Assembly (NCBI RefSeq): GCF_003918875.1
Contig: NW_025765346.1
Location: 124,001-188,000 of the forward strand
DNA length: 64,000 bases
Reading direction: 5' to 3'
From: Haliotis rubra
Lineage: Eukaryota
Below, piece by piece: positions 12,828-25,646 of this stretch. The number at the start of each line of letters is the position of its first letter. Position 1 is the first letter of the stretch. The notes under the pieces are model-generated. The model worked only from the letters and a program-made list of their open reading frames with translations. It did no database searches and was not told the origin of the DNA. A program made the position numbers and the translations under genes.

Positions 12828-15800
12828 ATGGCGCCTGGGCTCATCTTCACCATCTGCTCTTGTGCTCTGCTGATAGCTGGTAATATGCCTTTTATTGCAC
12901 TATATGTCACAGTCAATGTGTAAAATGAATAGTATTTTACAGGAAATTGTGTGTATTTTATATATAGAATAATTCCATGTATAATATGATTGAGATTTAA
13001 TAACGACTCGAGACATATTATTAAGGCCCTTGTGTTTATATACTATCTTTGTATGCTGCAATAGAGGTAGCGAACAGCTAGTTCACATGATTTACATTCA
13101 TTATTAATTAAAACTTAGATACATAAGATATACACAAGATACAGTTTGAAACAGTTCTATTTCATTATTCGATGTGTATAAGTCAACTTTACACATGGAT
13201 GAGGTGTGTCAAAATACAATTTTGTAAAATGTTCAACCTCAGTGAAATGAGCATTGGGACATGGAGGTACTGTCTAAACGCTAGATGGAAGAGAAGAGGT
13301 GTTCTTTGATCCATCAACAAAAACATGAAAATACCTTTCAGAATCTTTGAGAATGTCACACATATCAGTCAGTGTCGTGTACGTCCACCATTAAGACTTA
13401 ACGTTGACTTCCCAACCTTTTCTATCTTCAAATCCAGCTAAACATTCATTCAACGTTATTGTTCCAGCTGGGGTATTCTGTTGTTCACAGTAACTGTGTG
13501 CGCCCTGAGCCAAATTGGTATTGAGCTATGCGAACTGAAATGAAAGCCTTTGCTATCTATGAGCAACAGATTATCCTTTTGAGACTGACTGACTAAGTTT
13601 GGTTTTAAGCCGCTTTTAGCAATATTCCAGCAACATCACGGTGGGGGACACCAGAAATGGGCTTCACACACCGTTTAAATACTCTTTTCAAGGATATTGT
13701 GAAGGGTGATGCAAGTTCAGAATCAGACTATGTGTTTCGATTTTTTATATTTTCTACACATGAAGTAGTATCATAGTTCTAAGACATGTGTATATCATTT
13801 GACACTTCTGTTCCGAGAAATAGAATCCTTTTTTGACTTTCCACTTAGCCGGAGTCTTGTAAAGGCACTAAATGGACATAAAATGACATAGATAAGATAA
13901 ACTTTATTGTCCCGCAAGGGAAATTTGTCTTGCATTTAAACAGCCAATACAATGCCAAGAAAAAAAGATAATTTAAAGTACATCTATACACACAATGTCA
14001 AGCTAATCACAATATAATAATGAATCATAATTAAAGTACATAATATAACAATCACTCGTGCAATCAATGTCTTCACTGTTACAATTTTGGAGGTAGATTT
14101 AGAAGTTTTACGATGTATGGAAAAATTACTTTGAAGTTCTATTAGTCTTGTAATACAAGATTTTGAAATGGCGGCCAGATGGCAGAAATTCATAACATTC
14201 ATTTAATAAGTGTAATGGAGCAGATTGAATGGGTAATATTTGCATGGAGGTGATTGGCATTTTTGCATTATTAATGCTTTAATGTTCAAGATGAATAAAA
14301 GCCGGAATATTTCCTTCATGGAAAAGACAAACTTATTTACTTGCTCAACAAATTGAAAATAATGCTTATTCATTTCACTTACATATTTTGCCAAACATAT
14401 TGCAGTGGTGTATGCTACACTGGAGGCGACTGGTAACCATGACACCGAGCTCACTGAGGATGCGATCAGAGAAAAGCGAGGGCTAAGAGGGAGACATCGC
14501 CATCGACACAGGAGCCACAGACAGGGAGATGGAGATGGTGATGGAGATGAAGATGGAGACGACAATGTTCGTAGTGGTAGGGGAAGAGGAGGAGGGCGCA
14601 GGCGCAGACCTGGACGAGGCCGACGACCTGGTGGTAGACGTGGTGGGAGAGGTCAACGTAGGATAGCAAGTGCCACAGATCTATCCGACATGCCTCAAAG
14701 AGCACAACGACTAATCACTGCCCTGGTTGGTGCACAGAACAGTTTCACAGCCAATCTCCACCGTCAAGTTGGACAACCTGTTACAGATGTTGTGTACTCT
14801 CCGTTTAGCCTTCACCAAGCGTTGACCATGACCTTCATGGGCGCTATGGGTAATACTGCGTTTCAGATGAAGAGAACACTCGCTTTACAGGGACTAGGGC
14901 GACGTACGCGCCGAGCAGCAAAGAAGCTTAACGAAGTTATCAGCCATTCTGGCAATGCTACCCTGAAAACGGCGAATGGTGTGTATGTTAAAGCAGGATT
15001 GACTGTCGTGGACGATTTCACAGAGAGTCTGCGTGTATTCTACCAGGCTAATATCTCCTCGTTTGACTGGGAACACCCAGATGGACCAGAAGGTCCGATT
15101 AACGAATGGGTTTCTGAGCAGACGAATAATCTCATTCCAAACCTAGTGGCCCCGGATACCATAGATTCGTTGACAGCTATGATTCTAGTCAACGCGATCT
15201 ACTTTAAAGCAAAGTGGAAGACGCCATTCACACCATCCCTAACAACTCAGCAGATGTTCAGAAAGTCACGTACTGAGCAGGTGCCCGTTCAGATGATGCA
15301 AGTAGAAGGGATGTTCAAGTTGGGCACTGTTCCTGGTCATGCTGCCAGAATATTGGAGTTACCATATGAAGATGACCGCTTCAGTATGCTCGTGATGCTT
15401 CCCAATGAAATCGAAGACCTACCCACACTGGAGAACGGGCTGACGGTAGATCTTCTCGCCAGTAGGTTGGACACTGTCGTAGCTTCGGACTTGAAGGTAT
15501 ATTTGCCTCGTTTCAAACTGGAGACAGCAATATCAGTAAAGGAATCTTTACAAAATATGGGGATGACCAATCCATTCCTGCGGGGAATGGCAGACTTCAG
15601 CGGCATCGTGAGCACTCGTCAGCTTTACATTTCTGATGTACTTCATAAAGCTGTTGTCGACGTTAATGAAATTGGAAGTGAAGCTGCTGGGGCCTCAGCA
15701 GTTATCATTTGTAAGTATTTCGTTTCTAAAAATGGATTCTATAGCCAAATCAAATAGAAAAACAGATCCAAATAAAACCACAAGTCTTTTTCAGGTTGCA

Positions 15801-16557
15801 GTTGACTTGTGTTTCCATTTGCTCCCCATTTCAGTGATTGAACATATGTTCATGAGTTCGTTAGAATCGTTCTCCTGTGTATGTTGGTATGTCACGCTCC
15901 TGTAAGTTGTGTTATTTAATCATTGTATTCATTTTGAGAGTGATTAAAAGTGAAAGCATTTTGACGTACTTTGATTCCAGAAATATTCCATTACTGAGTA
16001 TGTCCTACCGCTAATGCTATTTCAAGATATATTTTTTCTATTTTACTTAGTATTATCTAAACATGTTTAGATAATTTGCAGAACGTACATGTGGGAATAA
16101 TAAGGTATTGCACAGTCGTGTTTCAGTGGTAGGTTGTAATTCCTAAAATACGTATCATTACAAAACCTTTTTTATCATGTTAGTCGTGTCTACATACATG
16201 TTTGCAGACGATGGATCATCAACATTCATGTCTCGCAAAAATTTGAAACAGAAAACAGTTCTCAGCTGACCTCGTTCATGTAAAACGTATGTTTGCTCCT
16301 AAGTAAGATAACTATCATTAGATATTATGGTAATGTGTATTTTCCTTAAAGATATACTTGTTGACATTTGGAAGACATGCAATATTTGTCAGTGAAATAT
16401 TGAGCTAAAAGTCTTTCACTGTTTACTGTTTACTTCAGCTCTCGAATCACTTCGAATAATGCCCGAGATTCGCTGTGACCACCCCTTCCTCTTCATCATC
16501 AGAGACAACGTCTCCAAAGCCAACCTCTTCATTGGCAAGTTCTCCGGTGGGGCCTAA
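12828..16557 (+). CDS. Secreted serpin paralogue 1 (~491 aa) with basic/acidic N-terminal extension; predicted P1 Glu
   Basis: Exons are 12828-12879 (signal peptide MAPGLIFTICSCALLIA), 14406-15710 and 16439-16557; both introns are phase 1, GT-AG. Serpin motifs: VYSPFS, NAIYFKAKW, LPRFKLE, HKAVVDVNEIGSEAAG hinge, and DHPFLFIIRD...LFIGK at the C-terminus. Confidence 0.95.
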
Positions 16558-19038
16558 ATGTGGATTATTCCAGGTCCCCCGAATTGATCGTATTCTGACT
16601 CAACTTTGGAGTCAACCATCATATGTTGCCTGGTCACTTATTATTACAAAAAAGGAAGTGTAGTTGGATATAGATATAGCAAGTCTCTCACATCTCGACT
16701 ATTCACATCCATGTATCGATTAGAAAAGTAAAAGAACATGGATTGCAGCTGTTAATAGGTTATATGTTTTTTTTCCAATAAGTTCCTCATCAGCCACAGG
16801 AAGTAAATTTTAATGAATATCTAATACCTCTTGTCCATCGTGATGTGCACCAGTTATTGATTGTAAGAGAGTCACATTACTGGATGAAAAATGTATTTGC
16901 TTAATATCAAATGTTACACAAGAAGCCACTGTCGTACGTGCGTATAACAAAGTTCTGGAATAAACTATTTCCCAACTCTGTGAATGTCAAGTTACCAAAT
17001 GAGTGAGTGAGTGAGTTTAGTTTTACGCCGCACTCAGCAATATTCCAGCTATATGGCGGCGGTCTGTAAATAATCGAGTCTGGACCAGACAATCCAGTGA
17101 TCAACAGCATGAGCATCGATCTGCGCAATTTGGAACCGATGACGTGTCAACCAAGTCAGTTACCATATGAAGATATTTGCTGTACATGATATGCCTGGTC
17201 TCCATTCAATTCGTCCATATCACTGCTGACATATACTTGCGAGTGTATTTACAGACTACATATGTCCGAAACATACTGTTGACATGTGACACAAAGTAAC
17301 AGATGAACGTAACATATCTCAAAAATTGGGTTCCAATGCTGTACCGTGTATCTCGTGTATGCTATGATAATGTGTGGATCTTATTCTGGCGTGATTTCCT
17401 ACTGTTGTGACAACAAATTAGAGTGAGTGAGTGAGTGAGTATTTATAGTGACATAGTAATATTTCAGCCATATCGATTAGTATGACTTCGACTTCAGTTT
17501 ACACTGTTTTGTACAGTGTGATGCTCACATGATGAAAAGTCAAACATGTGTGTGAAATACAAGCATATATTTCAGCTATTTGCACATTTAACCATGTACA
17601 AACATGTTTGAGGAAACGACGAGTGTGCTTCCCTAAGCGTGATACGACCACTGACTTTGAATCAGCTTCCCAGGGACATGCATGTGATCGACAGCGTTCC
17701 ACAACACAGCGGCAAAACCTGACTTTAACAAGAGGGTCATCACTTAGTTTCTCCTACTACACACAGAAATAACAGCAGCGGCCTTACAGTTTCTGTTCAG
17801 GCAGTTTCTATTAAGGTCCCATTTCCCTCCTCCCATTTGAGGAGAGAATATGCAGTCTAATGTGTCGATGTAAGATAGCTGGGGTATTGTGGACTGCTGC
17901 CTGAAAGGCTAGCACTGCACCAAATGGTACAAACAGTCACATCACATGTGCACGCACGTCACTCTACAACTGGAGTAATCTTGAAAGATTGTTTAGCCAT
18001 ATTTCACCGTACACGTGTGCAGCATACATTTAAGTTACACCTGGCACCTGAACAACGTTTGACAAAATGTTGAATTAAAATTGTAATTACTCTACTGTAT
18101 CACCCAGTAATATCAGTAATCGTGACTGAGGTCTCTTTCAGTTTCGGCTTCATGCTGATTGAAAGTTCCTTGAAGTTGTACAGATGTTTGCCAAGATGCC
18201 TAATTGTAACATTTGGTAACGTGAATGTTTTGCTGCAAATATTTGACGATTAGAAACTGTCCGTTTTCATGACGTCACAAATGATCTAATGGCATGTCGT
18301 CTCATAAAAAGATACTACGATAACTTCGTATTAAGAATGATCTCCTCACAACCAGTCCTAATCCCTGATTAATGTGGAAATTGCTCATGGCTCCACTCAT
18401 GTGAAACTCTGTTACCCGAGTTGTAATTGGGTAATACTCCTTGTTCGCTCATTTACATGGAGGCGCTTGTACCTCTTCATAAAAGTGGGGGATGCAGAGT
18501 ATAAAGCCCTAGTTTGTACATCACAAGTATAGTTCAATAAACCGCATTATGAATTAGGCGTCTCACAATGCAATGGTGTAAAGTATAAACCTAAACTGCA
18601 ATAATGCGCCATTGCAACAGCTGCAGTATTACAATACTGCTGACTGCATAAAACAACCGTGATGATCCGGGTCAGAATTGGTCATCATCAATCCATGCTT
18701 ATCGTGAGAGGTGACTACATATGGTCAGATTGAAGAGGTGGTCTTACACACACATACCCAAACAGACCCCCACCCCACCCCATCCCATGCTTCCCACCCC
18801 TTGAGCATACAACTACTGGTAATCTCGGTTAATATTTATATCTCCCAATATTGAAACACGGAATGAAAGAAGATATTTCTTTCCACCATAAGTTCCCTTT
18901 CTGCACAGTACGTATTTCCACAGAATAATCACTAGAAGTGCATCTTAAAATTTTAAGTGACCGATTTAAAATTAGAACAAGAAGGTTTTCAAAATTAAGT
19001 AAGGGGACATTTAAAATCTTAGATGTCTTTATTATTCA

Positions 19039-19216
19039 TGTATCATATGACATCACGAGAATGGTTCAAGTGACAAGACTACCCTCGTGAGTCTTCGATG
19101 ATATTCGATCTCCTGCAACACACCAGTACTCTGTCACAAGACACATGACCCTCTCTTATCCCCGTCAACATGATGGAACGCAACTCGTGATGGTCAACAA
19201 GTGTTGTGTTTTGGCG
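19039..19216 (+). promoter_or_regulatory. Conserved upstream non-coding block, serpin 2 copy
   Basis: Paralogue of 11347-11521, about 1 kb upstream of the serpin 2 ATG. Confidence 0.45.
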
Positions 19217-20229
19217 TGTCGTCTTTAAGGTTCCCAATGTGCTAGAGGAACGTTAATGTTGATGTTCTTGAGATGTCGTAGACTGTTTTCGATGAAGATC
19301 CTTCAGGTTTCACTAAAGAAAATCAATGATTTGTTGCTTTGTCTTGCTGTAACATGCAACATTGCAGCACCTCCTTCAAAACAAACAGTAAATTATTTGA
19401 ACAGTGATTGAAAAAATATCTCATCTCAAGACCTCAAGAATAACACATTTTGAACTCGCTTAATTAGAAACAAAACACGCCAAAAAGACAAACTAATACT
19501 ATACATATTGGAAATGAAGCAAGGCCTTGAAGCACCACGAGAGAGTAAGTGAGTGTAGTTGTACGCGGCACTCAGCAATATTTCAGCTATATGGAGTCGG
19601 TCTGTAAATGAGTCTGGACCAGACAATCCAGTGATCAACAGCATGAGCATCGATCTGCGCAATTGGGAACTGATGACATGTGTCAACCAAGTCAGCGAGC
19701 CTGACCACCTGATCCCCTTAGTCGCCTCTTACGACAAGCATGGGGTACTGAATATCAACATTCTAACCCGGACCTTCACGAGTAAGCACCACGAACAAGG
19801 TGGATGTTCTGCTTCACACAGGGGTCATTTCATGCCATCGTGATTGTCTATGTTTATTAAAAAGTTAATGGCTCTTTATTCACATAGTCAAACTTAAACA
19901 ACCAAAAGCCTTTCTAAACAAAAGAAAATCCACTTTAGGATTCCAACTATATAATGACCCTGTTTTAACGAATCATAATCTTTGATCATAATATTAATGA
20001 TATGGAATCAATCACTTTACTAGCATGTTCGAGAACCAGTGGGAGTGGGACATCAAGCGACGAGCAAACAGGCAAATCACAGAAATAACAAGTACATACG
20101 ACAGAGACAAACACAGCGCACAAGAAGCATTCGCCTAAATACTGCAGTCGAGGGTCTTGTAAACATATGATACATCACCTCAGGTTACAGTGTCACACCC
20201 TCCGCGCAAGGAACAGCATCTGGAAAGCC

Positions 20230-23200
20230 ATGGGGCCTAGTCTCATCTTCACCATCTGCTCTTGTGTTCTTCTCATAGCAGGTAATACGTCTTGCATGTG
20301 TATTGATGTTTCATTCACGTTCTTATATGTAGAACATATCACGTCCTATATTGTTGTTTTTTAAAATGAGATTTAAACTTTTATATAAGGTGAAGAACAT
20401 CCGAGGTGCGTCAGCACCCGGAATCGTCTATGGGGCGTGAGATATTACCAAGGCTGTTTTTTATATATATTGGCATGAACTATGTTTGTACCCAAAAAAA
20501 CGCTCCTTTGATGCAGTGCGAAAGCAGTGTATGATATCCGTCTCATATTAACCTAAAGTCTGCACTAAACTGCACTTTGGCATTTTATTATGTTCTTGAA
20601 GGCACATTATATTGTTTCAGTGTTGACATTTGTCTGATCGGAACTTGTTCCGTTGAAAAACATTGCATCTATCTTACTATGACCCTTAGGTATTTGTAAA
20701 TGTGTTGAAATCTGACACTGATTCAGTATTGAACAGTAATCTAACACTCAACATTTCAAGGACACAATTTAAAAGAAATATATATTCTTTTGGTTTGAGT
20801 CAATATACCTTAGAGACACTTGATTCTGTTTTCATTCGAATAAAGATTCAAAACTTATTTTAGACAAATAAATAGATACATTTATCGTATACGTTCAGAG
20901 TCACGTGAATTGATATGGGCAATATATATTTTACTGAAATTGACGGGACAACTTGCATGTAAATTGAATATTCCAGGCGCGTTTTACCTCGGGCAATTCA
21001 ACAATGGAACGTCTGGACAAAGACGAATAAGACAAGCGTGCGTACTGTATAAACGCGGTGGTCTCCAGGTGGTATGTGACATAGCAATAGTGACCTGGAA
21101 TTCTCTTAAAATGCAGCTTTTCACTTTAATTAAACTATCAAAGCTGAGGAACTGATATGACCCCAGTATAAAGTCTCGGTCTAAGTCAAATCCATCCAAT
21201 ATCTTGATTGAAGCGAGTTTGAGTATAGTTTGGGATTCCATTTGGCTGATTATATTCAAGGGCATTCCGTAACGCCTTATGTAGTGTGATAACATACAAG
21301 TTTGCCCTGAACTATTATGGCTGTGACGTTGTCATAGTCCAAAGCAAAACTGTCCATTACCCATTGGTGTAGTGTGTAAAAATACCACCACAGCCTTCTA
21401 TGTTGTGTAAGCACACCCAGATTCCATCTGCCTAGGCAATGAATGTTCCGCTTCAGTAAACATAGACATGTGGACAAAGCATGGGAGACAGTATGTCTCT
21501 AATGCCTCAATCGTAATTTCAAATATTTCAATTCAAGAGGCCATTTCATGCCCAAACTCACTGTTTTGTAAACTCGGAAAAGAGTATTGACTCCGATTTT
21601 GACATGACGTAAACAATTGTTCACTGATGTGAATTGTTATAATTTTCCCACATGGGCAAGATTACACTATACACACATGTCTAAGTATGAGTAATTTAGT
21701 GCACTGAAAACAGAACTAATGTGAAGGAACACATTTTTATTGTCAAAGGCATGATTTCACATCATTACAATTTATGGGCACGCATTTACTTAACTTCACA
21801 ACCAAACAGTAATGTCCTTTAGCTATGAGGTAGTCATTTTAGAATTCATTCAAAATTATTGTTCCAACTGTCATATTATGTTGTTCCCAATACCTATCTG
21901 CCCTTATAACTCAAAGCTGCGTCAAATTGGTATTGTACTAAGTGGGTTCTGTAATGAAATATGTTCGTGTAAGACTTTGCTATCTATGAGCTACATATTA
22001 TCTTTTACATCCTTCAACGTACACTTTCATGGCAGATTTGAAGTTCAAAATAAGATAATGTGATTCTATGTTTTCTGTAAATAAAGTAGTATCATATTTC
22101 TTATAATTGTCCAGTTGTGTCTATCATATGACTTATATGTATCCCTCAGTCTCCGGTTTTAAATGGATGAGAGTCAGAAATTTGATCAAACGTAGGCAAG
22201 GAGATTATTTCATGACACTTCTTCAACTGCATGCATGACATAAGAGCAATTGGCATTGTAGACCATTAATGGTTTAGTGTTTCCAAAAATAGAAAATGTC
22301 CGTAATATTTCGCTCATGCAAAAGACATACCTAATTACTTGTTCCATACATGGAATCTAATGCTTATTCATTCAAATTAAGTATTTTGCAAAACATATTG
22401 CAGTGGTCTATGCTACTCTTGAAGCAACTGGTAACCATGACACCGAGCTCACTGAGGATGCGATCAGAGAAAAGCGAGGGCTAAGAGGGAGACAACGCCA
22501 TCGACACAGGAGCCACAGACAGGGTGATGGAGATGGTGATGGAGGTGAAGATGGAGAAGACAACGTTGGTAGTGTTAGGGGAAGAGGAGAAGGGCGCAGG
22601 CGAAGGCCTGGACGAGGCCGACGACCTGGTGGTGGTAGACGTGGTGGGAGAGGTCAACGTCGTACGGTAGATCTATCCAACATGACTCAAAGAGCACAAC
22701 GACTAATCGCGGCCCTGGTTGGTGCACAGAACAGTTTCACAGCCAATCTCCACAGGCAAGTTGGACAACCTGTTACAGACGTTGTGTACTCTCCGTTTAG
22801 CATTCATCAAGCATTGACCATGACATACATGGGGGCTAATGGGGATACAGCAAATCAAATGAAGAGAACACTCGCTTTACAGGGACTTGGACGACGCACG
22901 CGTCGAGCAGCAAAGAAAATCAACAAAGTCATCAGACGTTCTGGCAACGCTACCCTGAAGACAGCGAATGGCGTGTATGTGAAAGCAGATTTGAATGTTG
23001 TGGATGAGTTTTCAGATAGTCTGCGTGTATTCTACCAGGCTAATATTTCCTCGTTTGACTGGGAGCACCCAGATGGTCCAGAAGGTCCGATTAACGAATG
23101 GGTTTCTGAACAGACGAATAATCTCATTCCAAACCTAGTGGCCCCGGGAACCATAGATTCGTTGACAGCTATGATTCTAGTCAACGCGATCTACTTTAAA

Positions 23201-24774
23201 GCAAAGTGGAAGACGCCATTTACACAATCCCTAACAACTCAGCAGATGTTCAGAAAGTCACGTACTGAGCAGGTGCCCGTTCAGATGATGCAAGTAGAAG
23301 GGATGTTCAAGTTGGGCACTGTTCCTGGTCATGCTGCCAGAATATTGGAGTTACCATATGAAGGTGACCGCTTCAGTATGCTCGTGATGCTTCCCAATGA
23401 AATCGAAGACCTACCCACACTGGAGAACGGGCTGACGGTAGATCTTCTCGCCAGTAGGTTGGACACTGTCGTAGCTTCGGACTTGAAGGTATATTTGCCT
23501 CGTTTCAAACTGGAGACAGCAATATCAGTAAAGGAATCTTTACAAAATATGGGGATGACCAATCCATTCCTGGAGGGAATGGCAGACTTCAGCGGCATCG
23601 TGAACACCGGCCAACTGTACATCTCTGATGTAATTCATAAAGCTGTTGTCGACGTCAACGAAGTCGGAAGTGAAGCTGCTGGAGCCACAGGAGTTGTTAT
23701 GAGTAAGTATTGAATCTAAAAGCGACCAACCCGTGTCAATAGCCACAACAAATTGAAATACAGACTCCAGTATAACCACAAGCCTGTTTTAGGAGGTAAT
23801 TGACTTGCTTTTGCATGTGTTGGTTACGGAGCCACTTGTGGGTCATGATTCGTTCCCCTTTTCAGTGGTCACGATATGGCTGAAGTACTGCCGATGTGAC
23901 TTAAATTCGTAACTCACTCACCAACCCACTCCTTTTCAATGATTCATTAACATATGTTCATGATATAGTTAGAACATAGTTCTGCAACATAGTTTTTTTA
24001 ATGGATATTTCTTATTTCACTACAGGCTGATAAATGAAATCGTCTGTTATCATCACTATTTGATCATACATAAACACATGACTGCGATACAGCCGAGAGG
24101 AGTATATCTGACTATATCCTATATCTAATCATGATTTAATGTGTTTTTAAAAAAAAAATTTACTCAGTACCTAAGTACAGACAAAATAATGGTCAGCTGT
24201 TCTGTTCTCTGTTTATGTCCAGTTTAGAGTTCACTGCCAGATTTCGTCTTGTTAGAATCATGTATATGGTGCAAACACGATCACTCTTAACCAGGTTTAA
24301 CTACATTTCCGCATCATTGACATTTGGATGACCTGTTGCTGAAATGTTGTTTCGTGTGTTTTTCGCCAATGTTCCTCAAGTTGCCAGAAAAGTAATTATC
24401 AAAGGGTCTCGTCCGAAATTTGTATGTGACATTAATTCATAAACTGCGTGGCAAAAGAATGATAATTTAATTTGGCGAAAACAATGTCATAATTGAAAAT
24501 GGAAATAGTCTCAAAAGCACTACAGTGTTTAGGGCTTAAACACAATTAGATATCCATGTAAAACATATCACCATCGAATAACCGTTACTAATAGACAGTA
24601 TATATTTTGTTAACTTTTAAAGACATATGGCTACAATGTTTATTATTTCCTTCAGCTCTCACGTCACTTCGAATAACGCCCGAGATTCGCTGTGACCACC
24701 CCTTCCTCTTCATCATCAGAGACAACGTCTCCAAAGCCAACCTCTTCATTGGCAAGTTCTCCGGTGGAGCCTGA
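20230..24774 (+). CDS. Secreted serpin paralogue 2 (~489 aa); predicted P1 Thr
   Basis: Exons are 20230-20281 (MGPSLIFTICSCVLLIA), 22404-23702 and 24656-24774, with the same structure and phases as paralogue 1. Reactive-centre loop (RCL) EVGSEAAGATGVVMTLT-SLRITP. Confidence 0.95.
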
Positions 24775-24815
24775 ATGTGGATTATTCCAGGTCTCACGAA
24801 CTGATGGTATTAGGC

Positions 24816-24823
24816 TGTTGTTG

Positions 24824-24863
<40 letters not shown>

Positions 24864-24864
24864 G
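24816..24864. repeat. (GTT)n microsatellite just 3' of the serpin 2 stop
   Basis: Direct reading; absent at the equivalent site after serpin 1. Confidence 0.95.
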
Positions 24865-25220
24865 CCACACTCAGCAATGCCCCAGCAGCATGGCGGGATC
24901 GTATTGTGACTCAACTTTGGAGCCAAACATCAGGTGTTGCCTGATAACACATATACACAAATAAAGAAGTGTATTTGGATATCGATGTTGCAATTCTTTC
25001 GTCTTTCAAATATTCCCATCCATGTATAGATTAGAAGAGTAAAGCAATATGGATTTTTAAAAACACATGATTCCTCCAGCTCCAATTTATCAAAACACGG
25101 GTGGTTTTGATTTTAGCGTTCAACTAACACATATGGGACCTACAACAGTAAACAACTGATTTGGTGATGATTTTCGCATTCACACCATAATGAGTTACAT
25201 AACATGACTGTCAAATGACA

Positions 25221-25606
25221 GGCTCCTTCGTGATCTGAACGAGAAAGCGATCGTGGCGTGTGGTCCTGTGCACAGAGCGCAGGTCACGAATCAGTTGGCG
25301 AGCTTGGATGGGTGACCGTGTTTGACAGCTTGACTCCTGAGAGTTTCTAGGACTTCAGTTCTGCCCCACAACGAAGTACATGTGATACATGTGGTCTCAC
25401 CTTAGGCACGTGAGTTTGTTCAAAATTGCCTCTGTTCACCCAGCCGAAAATGGGTACCCGGTTGGATAAAAATGTGACTATGTCTAGCGCCTAACAGGCA
25501 GCTTGGGCTATCGGGGTAATAATAATCAGGGTGTTAGCAGTTTGAACATGCTTTGTTGCGTGGAGATTAGCGCATTATAAGACTTCTCATTATATTATTA
25601 TTATTA

Positions 25607-25645
<39 letters not shown>
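25221..25645 (+). mobile_element. SINE with 5S-like head, Deu/Nin-like core and L2-derived 3' tail
   Basis: CTTGGATGGGTGACCG (5S box C-like) at 25303-25318. Core TTGCCTCTGTTCACCCAGCCGAAAATGGGTACC at 25426-25458. 47 nt are identical to the LINE 3' end, followed by (TTA)n. The 5' boundary is approximate. Confidence 0.7.

Positions 25646-25646
<1 letters not shown>

Noticed and set aside
14203-15615. Antisense ORFs over the serpin exon
   Set aside because: Shadow ORFs of the coding strand with no independent features.
24664-24964. Poly-Gln and poly-Cys ORFs (also poly-Asn at 25567-25767)
   Set aside because: Translations of (GTT)n and (TTA)n microsatellites; the real frame here is serpin exon 3.
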